64,000 nucleotides of DNA from an uncultured Anaerolineales bacterium. GTDB taxonomy: Bacteria > Chloroflexota > Anaerolineae > B4-G1 > SLSP01. The stretch lies in contig CAZDSF010000001.1 in the NCBI GenBank assembly GCA_964508025.1, positions 22,320 to 86,319 on the forward strand, written 5' to 3'. How positions within the stretch are numbered: position 1 is the stretch's first letter; every line of letters begins with the position of its first letter. Under the pieces are notes generated by a model. It was not told the DNA's origin, ran no database searches, and worked only from the letters and a program-made list of their open reading frames with translations. This document shows positions 16,801-25,907 of the stretch, piece after piece. Made by a program: the position numbers and the translations under genes.

Positions 16801-19105
16801 CGTCTTCCGCTGGCGCGCGCACCGTTTCACGGGTAACGGCGACGCGGACACCGGCAGCTTTGGCTTGCAGCACGCCGACCGGTCCCGGCTTGAGCAATGC
16901 CGCAGCTTGCAACGGCAGCGTCTCGGCGCCGCCAAGGACGACGCGCCGCGCGTTCTCGAAGCGCCCGCCCATGAAAGCGATGGTCAGCTCGAAGCGGGCC
17001 GGCCCGGCATAGCGCGCGGCGACGGTGATGGCGTTGCCCCACGCGCCGGGCCTCACCGCGCGCAGTTCCACGTAGCCCTCGACGCCTTCCTCGGCGAGAT
17101 AGAGCCGCGCCGCCGAGGTCTCGCTGCCCAGCGTGAGCGCGCGCGGCTTGCGGAAGGGCATGACGACCGGCGCCCACCCCAGCGGCGCGCTCGCTACTTT
17201 CTCCGCGACAACGAGCGCCGAGCGGGCGTTGATCCGCGTCGCCAGATAATCGGCGTCGCTCTCCGGCTCGGCGACGACATCCGGGTAGATTTCGGGCGCA
17301 TCTGCCGGTTTGCTGAAGCGTGCGCTATCGAAGCGCCCGCCAAAACGCGGCGGCAGGTCGGCGGGCAGATGGACGACGAAGGCGCCCCGTTCGTGGGATG
17401 CCCAGCGCACGGTAACGTTGACCAACGCGCCCACCGCTTCACGCGCGGCGAAGACGGTCTGCCCGGCGAAGGCGGGGTCGTCTTCAAGGCGGCTGATATC
17501 GAAAAGCCCCGCCATGCGGCAGACGCCGCCGGTGAAGGCGGTTGCCGGCGCATCGAAGCGCGCCTGATCGAAGCGGCTGCCGCCGCAATCGGCGTAGCGC
17601 CAGCGAGAAACGCCGCGCGGCAGGAACAGTGCGGCGTTGCCGGTCTCGATCTCAGCAGCGAGCGGGAGCGCGTGCAGGTTTTCGGTTGCTACCGGACGCG
17701 CTGCGCCATCGGCGGCGTGAATTTCGGCGCGCAATCCCCCTTCTGCAGCGCGCCACAGGCGCACGCGCTCGCCCGGCTCGAGCACTTCGTTCACGCGCAC
17801 GGCCCAGCCGGTGGCAAAGTTGGCGATCAAGGGGCCGTAAACCCCGCGCGGCGCGGCGATGTCCACTTCTGCAAAAACGCCCGCCGCGCCCTGATTGGCG
17901 AGGCGCAGGCTATCGCCATGGCGCAGGCTGTGCGGCCCGAAGCGCGCCGGTCTGGCGGGATATTCGATGAGCTCGAGATACCGCAGGGGCAGCACCGCGA
18001 TGCGGCTTTCTGGCCCGGCGGTGGGCGATTGCAGCCGCAGCCGGTGATCGGGGGTTTCGGAGGCGACGCCCGGCAGCGCGGCGTTGATGGCCGCGATGAC
18101 TTCATCCAGAAAGGGGCGGTCGGGCGCGGCGCCTGCGACCGTGAGGTCCACGGGCGGCGCGCCGTCAATGGCAAGCCGCAGCAACGCCCGCTGTGAGAGA
18201 TCCACCGGCCCGCGCAGCGATACCGCGCCTTCCAGCGTAGCCCGGCCTGGCAGCGCGCCTTTGGTGATGGTGGGGACCTGTCCCAGCAGGCGTGTGCGGG
18301 CGTCCGCGCCGCTGATGGGCAACCCGATGGCGATGCGCGCGTTCTCCCCCGCCGTGGGCGACGTGAGCGCCAGGAAGCGCCTCTCGTGGATGCTGGCGAT
18401 TTCGGCGCCCGCCTGCGCGTTGATCGCCGCCGTGATCTCGGCGAGCGTTGTGGCGCGCGGACGGGCGCCCGCGCAATCTATTTCCACGGCGGGGCCGGCG
18501 TCTATGGTGAGGCGCAGATAGCGCGCTGTGCTCAGATCCACACTGCGGCTCAGGTCTACGGCGCCGATCACTTGCGCGGGCATTGCCGGCTCGCCGCGCG
18601 CTTCGCGGCAGATGAAGCCGCAGAGCGCCAGCGCCGCCTCATCGGTGATCGCCGCGCGGGTGACGAAACGCCGGGCGTTCTCCTCCGCCGATGCGGTGAG
18701 GGGATCGCTTTTCCGTGTCCACCACGTGTCCATATCGGCGTAGGCGTCGGCAATGTGCAGGTTCAGGGCCTCTGCCGTGACCCGGAGAATGCCTTGGACG
18801 GCGACGGTCCCTTGCAGGAAAGTGCGCACGTACCGCTTGAGATGCTCGCGGAACTCCTCGACGCTTTCATCGGGGCGGGGCGCCAGGCCGTAGAGCGCGG
18901 CGAGCAGCGCCAGGTCGTGGATCTCTTCCTCCTGCCAATCCGCGAGATCCACCCAATGCGCCTGCATCACTGCGGCAAGGCTGTTTTCGGCAGCCTGCAG
19001 CTCGCGCCCAAAAGCAGCGGCGACGGCGTGAAGTGCGGAGGCGACCGGCGCCTGGCGGAAGGTTCCGGGCAGCAGGCTCAGAATGCGCTCGGTTTTGGTG
19101 GGCAT
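16784..19105 (-). CDS. baseplate protein, phage P2 gpI-like N-terminus with repeat-domain C-terminal extension
   Basis: Start at internal Met (MPTKTERILSLLPGTFRQ...) overlapping upstream stop; LLPG..R motif characteristic of tail protein I family; two ~45-aa IAAINA...SPTAG modules. Confidence 0.6.
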   Translation of the reverse strand: MPTKTERILSLLPGTFRQAPVASALHAVAAAFGRELQAAENSLAAVMQAHWVDLADWQEEEIHDLALLAALYGLAPRPDESVEEFREHLKRYVRTFLQGTVAVQGILRVTAEALNLHIADAYADMDTWWTRKSDPLTASAEENARRFVTRAAITDEAALALCGFICREARGEPAMPAQVIGAVDLSRSVDLSTARYLRLTIDAGPAVEIDCAGARPRATTLAEITAAINAQAGAEIASIHERRFLALTSPTAGENARIAIGLPISGADARTRLLGQVPTITKGALPGRATLEGAVSLRGPVDLSQRALLRLAIDGAPPVDLTVAGAAPDRPFLDEVIAAINAALPGVASETPDHRLRLQSPTAGPESRIAVLPLRYLELIEYPARPARFGPHSLRHGDSLRLANQGAAGVFAEVDIAAPRGVYGPLIANFATGWAVRVNEVLEPGERVRLWRAAEGGLRAEIHAADGAARPVATENLHALPLAAEIETGNAALFLPRGVSRWRYADCGGSRFDQARFDAPATAFTGGVCRMAGLFDISRLEDDPAFAGQTVFAAREAVGALVNVTVRWASHERGAFVVHLPADLPPRFGGRFDSARFSKPADAPEIYPDVVAEPESDADYLATRINARSALVVAEKVASAPLGWAPVVMPFRKPRALTLGSETSAARLYLAEEGVEGYVELRAVRPGAWGNAITVAARYAGPARFELTIAFMGGRFENARRVVLGGAETLPLQAAALLKPGPVGVLQAKAAGVRVAVTRETVRAPAEDDGEMG

Positions 19106-19106
19106 T

Positions 19107-20693
19107 TCAGCTCGCCTCCTCTTCCAGGGCGATGTCGGCGGCATCCATGTCGAGGACGATCCACCACGGTTGCCCCTGGATCGCGGCGATGACGGTGAAG
19201 TCGCCGCTTTCGATGTCTGCATCGGCAGCGCGCTGCCCGGATGCGCCGACCACCAGACCCCGATCGGGGATGCGGCTGCCGGTCGGGGCCGGCGCCATCG
19301 CGGTCTCCGTCAGCCGTTGGGCGAGGGCGGCGCGCAGGGCTGCTTCATCGCCGGAGGGGGCGGCGCGCACGGCTGCGAGCACGGCATCTACCAGGGCCGT
19401 CGGCCCCGGCGCATCGAGGTCGGAGCGCCAGGTCATCACGTCGGCGAAGCGCACCGCTTTCACATCGGGCGTTTTCTTCAGTTCAGCGAGCAGCGCCTGC
19501 CCTTTGACCTCCTCACCGCTGCTCAGGTTGTCTATATAATCCTGTATGGCGGCGATGATGGCCTGTTGCACTTTGGACTTGCCGGCAGGGGGCAGCGCGC
19601 TCTTGAGTTGCACGCTCAGCCGGGGCTTGAAGAAGATGTAACGGGCGACGAGGGTGGTCTGTACGCCAGCAGCGCGCGTCTGCTCGATGGCGGCGCGCAG
19701 GCTGGGGAAACGCTCTGGTTCGCAGCCGACCAGCAGCGTGAGGCTGCCTGGCGGCGTCTGTTGCGCGGGGACGCTGTTGGGATCCCACACTTCGACCAGC
19801 TCGCAGCGCGCTTCGGCGATGACGCGGGCCAGGGCGGCAAGCGTGCCCTTGCCCAGGGCGCGCAGTGCGGCTTTGGCGCGCAGCCGCAGCTCGGCGTCGC
19901 TTTCATCCTCGGCGCCTAGGAACGTCGCCTCCAGGTTGGCGACGCGGCTGATACCGGCGATGGGTTGCACCAGTTGGTTGATGGCGCCGGCATCCACTTT
20001 GCCGGCAGCGCCTTTGAAAGCTTCAGCGGCGCGAATCGGCGCCTCTACGCGAACCTGGCCCCGTTGCAGCGTGCGCGGTTGGGTGGTCTGAAAGCGCACG
20101 TCTTTGGCGGTACGCACGGCGGTACCCTCGGCGATGATGAGGTTGCCTTCGACGGCGGGGTCCCGGAAGAAAGTGACCTGCCCGATGGCGTAGTCTTTCG
20201 TCTGCCGCGTCAGCCCCAGAATGGCGACGACCAAATCAAGGGATTTGCCCGCGGCCGTCTCCACAAAGCCCGCCAGGTAGGCCTGGTTGATCTGCTCGTA
20301 AACCACGGCGATCTCCCGCGCGATAGCCTCGCCGAGCGTGCGGGTGACGCTGCCGATGTTGATGTCGCTGAGCGGCGAGCGGCTGTCGCGCTGGAAATAA
20401 TCCACATAGAAAAGCGTCTCATCGTCGGGCCAGTTCCCGCCCACCTGCCACACCACGGCGTTGTCACCCTCGCTGAACAGGAAATCGCTGCCCTTCTGGA
20501 AGGTGTGCGGCGCTTTCTTGTGCACGCCGGTGATGCCGCGCACGTCGCGCGCCTGTTGGGCGAGCGGATAGAGATCCTGTTTGAGATCGAAGCGCAGGGG
20601 TTCGTTGACCACACCGCCGACGATGGCGGTGAGAATGTCATCCACGATGTCTTGATAGGGGCGATGGATCAGCGTTACAGTTTCCTCATTCAT
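19107..20693 (-). CDS. baseplate J-like protein (T4 gp6 / P2 gpJ homolog)
   Basis: 528 aa, N-terminus MNEETVTLIHRPYQDIVDDILTAIVGG typical of Baseplate_J family; start overlaps upstream stop (ATGA). Confidence 0.7.
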   Translation of the reverse strand: MNEETVTLIHRPYQDIVDDILTAIVGGVVNEPLRFDLKQDLYPLAQQARDVRGITGVHKKAPHTFQKGSDFLFSEGDNAVVWQVGGNWPDDETLFYVDYFQRDSRSPLSDINIGSVTRTLGEAIAREIAVVYEQINQAYLAGFVETAAGKSLDLVVAILGLTRQTKDYAIGQVTFFRDPAVEGNLIIAEGTAVRTAKDVRFQTTQPRTLQRGQVRVEAPIRAAEAFKGAAGKVDAGAINQLVQPIAGISRVANLEATFLGAEDESDAELRLRAKAALRALGKGTLAALARVIAEARCELVEVWDPNSVPAQQTPPGSLTLLVGCEPERFPSLRAAIEQTRAAGVQTTLVARYIFFKPRLSVQLKSALPPAGKSKVQQAIIAAIQDYIDNLSSGEEVKGQALLAELKKTPDVKAVRFADVMTWRSDLDAPGPTALVDAVLAAVRAAPSGDEAALRAALAQRLTETAMAPAPTGSRIPDRGLVVGASGQRAADADIESGDFTVIAAIQGQPWWIVLDMDAADIALEEEAS

Positions 20694-21160
20694 GGCGTTG
20701 CGCCTCCTTCCAGAAAGAAGGGAAAGACAAGGTTCAGCGGCTCGTCGCTGTCAATGGGCGTCAGGTGGATGTCAATATCTATGCAGGTGGGGTCGGTGCG
20801 ATTGGGGGTCACATTGACGGCGAGGACCTTTTTGACGCGGGGTTCCTGCGCCAGGGCTTGCAGGACGAAGAGTTTGGCGCGGTTGCGGTTGCGTTGGGTG
20901 TTGCGTTCGCCGATCAGTTCTGTGAGGCGGCAGCCGTAGGTGGGATGTCCCAGCGCGGCGAGTTCGCCCACGGGGGTGAGAAAGCGCAGCAGCAGGGCTT
21001 GCTTCAAGTTATCCGCGCCGCTGACGGTATCCAAATCCACCAGTCCAGCGCCAGAAGACGTGCGCGTGGCGAGATCGGCGCCCCGGTCGCGGCTCTTTTG
21101 CCGCGTCAGATCGCCCAGCAGGCGTAAATCGGTACCCCAACGTGCTTGTGTGTCGGCCAT
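20690..21160 (-). CDS. gp25/GPW-like baseplate wedge protein
   Basis: 156 aa; C-terminal ...VNVTPNRTDPTCIDIDIHLTPIDSDEPLNLVF matches gp25-like lysozyme-fold family; position after PAAR and before J. Confidence 0.65.
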   Translation of the reverse strand: MADTQARWGTDLRLLGDLTRQKSRDRGADLATRTSSGAGLVDLDTVSGADNLKQALLLRFLTPVGELAALGHPTYGCRLTELIGERNTQRNRNRAKLFVLQALAQEPRVKKVLAVNVTPNRTDPTCIDIDIHLTPIDSDEPLNLVFPFFLEGGATP

Positions 21161-21212
21161 GGCGGCTCCTGTAAAAATTATGAAGGATCAAGGCGGAAGG
21201 ATGAAAAAGACC
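21161..21212 (-). promoter_or_regulatory. conserved ~50-nt leader motif upstream of gp25-like gene (copy 2)
   Basis: coding-strand TTCATCCTTCCGCCTTGATCCTTCATAATTTTTACAGGAGCCGCCATG. Confidence 0.5.
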
Positions 21213-21300
21213 TTGCATCCCAGCGTTTGTGCGCTTCTACGCTTATAATTTTCATTATCTGGACTGTGCCAAATACCCCTTTGAAATTGGGAAATAGTGG

Positions 21301-21350
21301 ATGAGGTCTTTTCTCCCCATCTCCCCATCTCCCCCATCTCGCCATCCCTC
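21301..21350. repeat. CTCCCCATCTCCCC tract, copy 2 (G-runs on coding strand)
   Basis: tctccccatctccccatctcccccatctcgccatccctccc in 197-nt gap between PAAR and gp25-like genes. Confidence 0.6.
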
Positions 21351-21357
21351 CCGCTGC

Positions 21358-21690
21358 TCACGGCGGCCACTGGTCGGTGATGAAGGGCGCCGCCGGCGGG
21401 CCGAGGATCACGAGGATTCCTGGCGGGCTGGGAATGCGATCGCCCATCCGCACCAGGCCCTTCCCGGAGACGGTGACGCCCGCGCTTCCCAATGGGCCGA
21501 TCACCAGCAGGTAAGGAACGCCTGATACGGAATTGATCATCTGGCACAGGGAGCCGGTGGTCGCCAGCGGCATTCCGTTGGTCGTGATGAAGGGCGGAAA
21601 GATGGCGACCAGGATGCCCATATCCGGCGGCCCCGCTGCGCCGGGCGTCACCATCACTGTTGCTCCAATCGTGACCGGCATTCCTGGCAT
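21358..21690 (-). CDS. PAAR-domain spike-tip protein
   Basis: 110 aa Gly/Pro-rich with PAAR-type motifs (...GPPAAPF..., ...PSPPG...), immediately downstream of gpV-like spike. Confidence 0.7.
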   Translation of the reverse strand: MPGMPVTIGATVMVTPGAAGPPDMGILVAIFPPFITTNGMPLATTGSLCQMINSVSGVPYLLVIGPLGSAGVTVSGKGLVRMGDRIPSPPGILVILGPPAAPFITDQWPP

Positions 21691-21714
21691 GGCGCTCCTT
21701 TCATCCCGCTCCTT

Positions 21715-22521
21715 TTATCCCGGCGCGAACGAGGTCAGCCCCTTGATGCTGACATTGACGCCCTGGACGGCGACCGAAAGTCCGCCTTCGACTTTGGCGC
21801 CCAGGCTGCCTTTGACCGTGGTTTCCATGCCGCCTTCCAGCGTAGCGTTCATCTGCGCTTTGATGTTGATGTTCATGCCCTCTAGCGTGAGATCGCGGGT
21901 CGCCTTGAGCGTCATCGCGCCCGAAGCTTCGATCGTCACATCGCCGTCCTGGTTCATCGTGATTTTGGTGCTGCCGGCGACAACGGCCACGCGCCCGCCG
22001 CTGCCATCTGGTTGATCCAGCAACATCTCCGTTTGCCCGGCGGTAGCGCGGACTGCGCCATCGGTGATGCGCACGGTGATTTTAGGCGCCATCTCGATGA
22101 GGATTTCGCGGGGCGGGAAGGCGTCAGGGTGGTTGCGAATGGCGGCCTGGATGCTCTTGTCATCCGCTGCGGCGAGGGGCAGCCGGAAGATGACCTCATC
22201 GGGCCGGTTGAGCGGCGGACGATCCGCGTCGTTGTAGAGCCGCCCGATGATGAGCGGCTGGTTGACATCGCCGTGCTGGAAAGCCAGCAATACCAGGTCG
22301 CCGATGTTGGGGATGGCGGCTGTGCCGATGTGCCCCGTAGCGACCGGCGCGCGCTTGAGCAGCAGGTCGCTGGCCGGTAGACGCACATCGCAGGCGTAAT
22401 TGTCGTCATCGCTGGCGTCGCTGTGCGGGTAGAGGGCCTCGACGATGCCGAGTTCCGCGATCCGCAGGTTGCGCAGCTCGTGACGCACGATCTCTTGAAT
22501 AGCGCTGATAATGGTGGACAT
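21715..22521 (-). CDS. baseplate spike protein (phage gpV / gp5-like)
   Basis: 268 aa; N-terminal OB-like region then beta-helical repeats (..VKGSLGAKVEGGLSVAVQGVNVSIKG..). Confidence 0.7.
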   Translation of the reverse strand: MSTIISAIQEIVRHELRNLRIAELGIVEALYPHSDASDDDNYACDVRLPASDLLLKRAPVATGHIGTAAIPNIGDLVLLAFQHGDVNQPLIIGRLYNDADRPPLNRPDEVIFRLPLAAADDKSIQAAIRNHPDAFPPREILIEMAPKITVRITDGAVRATAGQTEMLLDQPDGSGGRVAVVAGSTKITMNQDGDVTIEASGAMTLKATRDLTLEGMNINIKAQMNATLEGGMETTVKGSLGAKVEGGLSVAVQGVNVSIKGLTSFAPG

Positions 22522-22570
22522 GGCTGGTTGCTCGTTACTCGTTACCCTTTGCTAATTGCGTTCACTCACC

Positions 22571-22612
22571 TATGACTCATGACTTTTTGACTTATGACTC
22601 CTGACTCATCGC
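22571..22612. repeat. TGACTCATGAC-unit repeat (family also at 56640-56700)
   Basis: tatgactcatgactttttgacttatgactcctgactcatc. Confidence 0.5.
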
Positions 22613-23593
22613 TTTCTCAAATCCAATCTCCGTGATGAAGCCGCCTGCTTTGGTGAGCCGGTGGGTGACGCTGCGCACCTGGTAGGCGGCGTTATGGGCG
22701 GCGGTAGGCAGGGCTTCGAGGCGGATGGCATCGCCCAATTGCACCTGCGGCGCGCCGGGAACGCGCATTTGCCCGCGCAGCGCGCGTCGCTGGAGCCGGC
22801 GCTGGAGGGCCTCGGCGGCGGTCTGTGCGGCTTCGACGGTGCGCAGGGCCGGGCGTTCCAACAAATGGCGAGGCGTTCCAGAACCGGCGCTGCCTTTCAA
22901 AGCGCCGAAGTCCTTGGCGAGCCAGGCCCAGGCGTCGCCGCTGCGTCCTGGCCCCTGACCCCAGGCTTCGACGCTGGCGGCAGCCGGCGGGCCTTCCCAG
23001 ATCCGCAGGGCGAGGATCTGCTCGCTGTAGGTGAAGGTGTGGACGGCGCGCCCATTTGCAAACTGTTTGAATACCAGCTCGCCTGCCGGGTTGGTGTAGA
23101 GATCGCAGCCGCAGAGCGCCGCCAGCTCGCGCAGATGGCTGTAGAAATTGCGTCGCCCGTCAATCACGTAGGCGGGAAACGCGATGCCCTCCTCGGCTTC
23201 GGCGACGGCGACGCCGGCCCGATCGGCCAGCGCGCGCACAATTTCGCCCGCGCGTTGGTTCTCGAAGGTCTCATTCGCGAAATGGCGCAGCAGCCGATAC
23301 GCCGGGCTGAGTCCCATGGCCCGCAAGGTGAGCAATCCCGGCTCCACCGCGACGAGCGCGCCGCTGAACACCTGCGTCAGCGCGTCGGCGCCGGCGTAGC
23401 CCAGGGCCACGGTGAGAGCATCCTCCAGCGCCGGGCGAAAGCGGCCCACCTGCCCCAGCTCCAGGGTGACGCTGTCGGCGGGGGTGTCCATAGCGCGCTG
23501 AACGACCAGCTCCACCACCGTGCTGGCTTGCGGTTCGGAAGCGGCGTCAATGACCCGTTGCTCGAATGTGATTCTGTAGGTGGGCGTCAGCAT
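22592..23593 (-). CDS. phage late control gene D-like baseplate hub protein (gpD/gp27-like)
   Basis: Start at internal Met (MLTPTYRITFEQ...) overlapping upstream stop; ~333 aa; typical gpD N-terminus and size. Confidence 0.7.
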   Translation of the reverse strand: MLTPTYRITFEQRVIDAASEPQASTVVELVVQRAMDTPADSVTLELGQVGRFRPALEDALTVALGYAGADALTQVFSGALVAVEPGLLTLRAMGLSPAYRLLRHFANETFENQRAGEIVRALADRAGVAVAEAEEGIAFPAYVIDGRRNFYSHLRELAALCGCDLYTNPAGELVFKQFANGRAVHTFTYSEQILALRIWEGPPAAASVEAWGQGPGRSGDAWAWLAKDFGALKGSAGSGTPRHLLERPALRTVEAAQTAAEALQRRLQRRALRGQMRVPGAPQVQLGDAIRLEALPTAAHNAAYQVRSVTHRLTKAGGFITEIGFEKAMSQES

Positions 23594-23598
23594 AGCCT

Positions 23599-25440
23599 TT
23601 ACGTGGACAACGCCTCCACGATGAGGTTGAACTCCGATTGCACCTCGGAAAGGCAACGGCAGACGCACGGCCCTTTGGCAGCGGTCGCTGGCTCGTCGGC
23701 AGCGCGGGCTACATAAGGGCCGAGGATCTCCAGCGTCCACACGCCTGCGCCCTTGGGTTTGTGCGTGTAGTCGAAGCGGCCCTCCGCATCCGTCTGACCG
23801 GGGATGGGGCGACCGCGCCCACTGCCGCTGGGGCGTTCGCCGTCCATCATTTCGCCATCGGGCGCGGTGAGGACGATGGCGGCGTTTCTGAGCGGCGTCC
23901 CATCCTCAAAGGTGATGCGCCCCTGCACGGCAACCGACCCCGGTTCGGCGGGCTGAATCAGCCAGCGCTCGCGGCTCGCAGCCTCGCGTGCGATGAAGCA
24001 GCAGCGCGCGCTCGTTTGTCCCGGCCCCAGGCACCATCCGCTGCCCGGCGGATCGCCGACCGGCAGATGGAAGGTGTCGGGTTGGGGAACGCGGCACGGC
24101 GGGGTATCGGCGCGCACGAACAGGAATTCCGTGCGCCGGTTGGCCCTCCAGGCATCTTGGGTGTTTCTAACCGGATCCTTTTCGCCGCAGCCCAGCCATT
24201 TGAGCGGCTCGCCGCCGCAGTTGGCAAAGAACTGGCTCTCTGGAATGGCGAGCGGTTCCTGATCGAGGTAGGCTTCGATGAGCGCGGCCCAGGTGAGGGG
24301 GCCGACGATGCCATCAGCGCTCAGCCCGTGATCCCCCTGAAAGGCGCGCACGGCGCGGTCGGTAGCGGCGTCGTGCGTTTCGTTGATCGGCCCCTGATAA
24401 TAGCCGAGATCCTGGAGGATGTGCTGATACTGGCGCACGCTCCAGGAATCCTTGATGCTGGGCGTCTCGCCGGCGGGACGGGTCTCGCGCAGGCGCAGCC
24501 ATTCGTTCAGCGCAGCGGCGCGGTCTCGCCCGTAGGTGAGACCGGCGTAGGCGCTGCGCCCGCGTCGCTCCGAGAGGGATTGGTTGTAGGCGTCAGACCC
24601 GACCAGATCGGTGTGCCCGACAATCAGCAGTTTTTCATTGGGGTGGGCGGCGGCGTAGTCGGCGACGAGCCGCAGCACGCGCCTCATGCACGGTTCGATG
24701 AAGGCTTTGTCGAACCAGAAGTGGACGACGAAGCTGTGGGCGATGCCCTCGGCGGGGCGCAGGATGATGGTGACTTCGGTGGTCTGGCCCCGGCGGACGA
24801 CGGCGGCTGCGGACCCCGTCATGGCTTCGGGCGATTCGACGGCGGCCTGCGCGGTGTAGCGGCCTGGCGGGAACTCCTCCTCAGTCCACGTGTTTTCGGT
24901 CCGCGCGGCGAGGGTGCGTTCGAGATCGGCGCCGTCTTCCTGCGTCCCATTGACGGTGACGAGCACCGTGCTGTAATCGAAGTCGGGACGGCCCTCGACG
25001 ATGACGTGGACGATGAGGCGCCCGGTCTCTGTTTCGATTCTCGGCGGGCGTTCTCGCGGCGGCTGTCTCTGACCCGGCGGTTCTAGCGGGGTGTATTCTC
25101 GCAGGGTGATGGCGTACTCAAAGCGTTCGGGTTTTCCCGCCAGCTCTCGCACGGCGAATTCCTCGATGAGGACCTGCCCCACGCGCGTGGTGGTGGTGAT
25201 GTCGGCGACGAAACTCACCGGCTCGGCGGCGCGGAATTTCTCGCGCAGCGTTTGCAGCGCGGCGCCGGCTTCCGGTCCGGTGAGCACGCCGGTGAGCGCG
25301 ATGCGGCTGGCGCGCCGTCCCAGGCCCTGGAGGAAATCGCCTTCCAGGGCCGGGATGGCGTGTTGCGTCCACACCTGATCGCCCTCCACTTCGAGCTGCT
25401 GCACTTGTTGCAGCTCGAAGTCATCCAGCATGGGTCTCAT
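23599..25440 (-). CDS. multidomain tail protein: N-terminal domain paralogous to 25908-26450, OmpA-like, peptidoglycan-binding and carboxypeptidase-regulatory-like domains
   Basis: 613 aa; N-term MRPMLDDFELQQVQ... (paralog of gene at 25908-26450); OmpA/MotB motif ...LLIVGHTDLVGSDAYNQSLSERRG...; PG_binding_1-like ...LGYYQGPINETHDAATDRAVRAFQGDHGLSADGIVGPLTWAALI...; CarbopepD_reg-like ...GRITFEDGTPLRNAAIVLTAPDGEM...TDAEGRFDY. Confidence 0.6.
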   Translation of the reverse strand: MRPMLDDFELQQVQQLEVEGDQVWTQHAIPALEGDFLQGLGRRASRIALTGVLTGPEAGAALQTLREKFRAAEPVSFVADITTTTRVGQVLIEEFAVRELAGKPERFEYAITLREYTPLEPPGQRQPPRERPPRIETETGRLIVHVIVEGRPDFDYSTVLVTVNGTQEDGADLERTLAARTENTWTEEEFPPGRYTAQAAVESPEAMTGSAAAVVRRGQTTEVTIILRPAEGIAHSFVVHFWFDKAFIEPCMRRVLRLVADYAAAHPNEKLLIVGHTDLVGSDAYNQSLSERRGRSAYAGLTYGRDRAAALNEWLRLRETRPAGETPSIKDSWSVRQYQHILQDLGYYQGPINETHDAATDRAVRAFQGDHGLSADGIVGPLTWAALIEAYLDQEPLAIPESQFFANCGGEPLKWLGCGEKDPVRNTQDAWRANRRTEFLFVRADTPPCRVPQPDTFHLPVGDPPGSGWCLGPGQTSARCCFIAREAASRERWLIQPAEPGSVAVQGRITFEDGTPLRNAAIVLTAPDGEMMDGERPSGSGRGRPIPGQTDAEGRFDYTHKPKGAGVWTLEILGPYVARAADEPATAAKGPCVCRCLSEVQSEFNLIVEALST

Positions 25441-25446
25441 GGTCGG

Positions 25447-25863
25447 TTATGACTTGAGCGTGTTCAGTTGGCCCACGATGTCGTCAATCAGGCTCAGAAT
25501 GTCGGCTTTGACGGTATCCAGCGACGGCAGCCCGGTGACGACATCCGCTGCGCCGAGCACTTCGTCAATCGTGGCGGCCTCGTCGGGGAGCAGGGCTTTG
25601 GCCGCTTCGAGGAAGGCTTTCACCTTTTGCGTGAACTGCGTCACCTCGGTTAGTCCGGGTACCGCGCCGACGTTGATGTTCTGAATTTCCGTCTTGAGTT
25701 TGTTCAGCAGGTCAATCAGTTTGTCAATCAGGGTGATGATCTGCGGCACCATCGCCGACAGCGCCTGTACTGCGGGCTTGATCGTGGGCACATTGGCGGT
25801 CAGGAAATCCTTGAATTCCTGAAGGACATCTTTCAATTGTTGGTAGACATTCGTTCCTGCCAT
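25447..25863 (-). CDS. small alpha-helical protein, lower GC than neighbours
   Basis: 138 aa from ATG 25863 (GAGGTGA RBS); K/I/L-rich, predicted coiled/helical; no match to known tail component. Confidence 0.4.
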   Translation of the reverse strand: MAGTNVYQQLKDVLQEFKDFLTANVPTIKPAVQALSAMVPQIITLIDKLIDLLNKLKTEIQNINVGAVPGLTEVTQFTQKVKAFLEAAKALLPDEAATIDEVLGAADVVTGLPSLDTVKADILSLIDDIVGQLNTLKS

Positions 25864-25907
25864 GGTTTCACCTCGGTTATAAGTCAAAAGCAAGTCTCCC
25901 CATCTCC

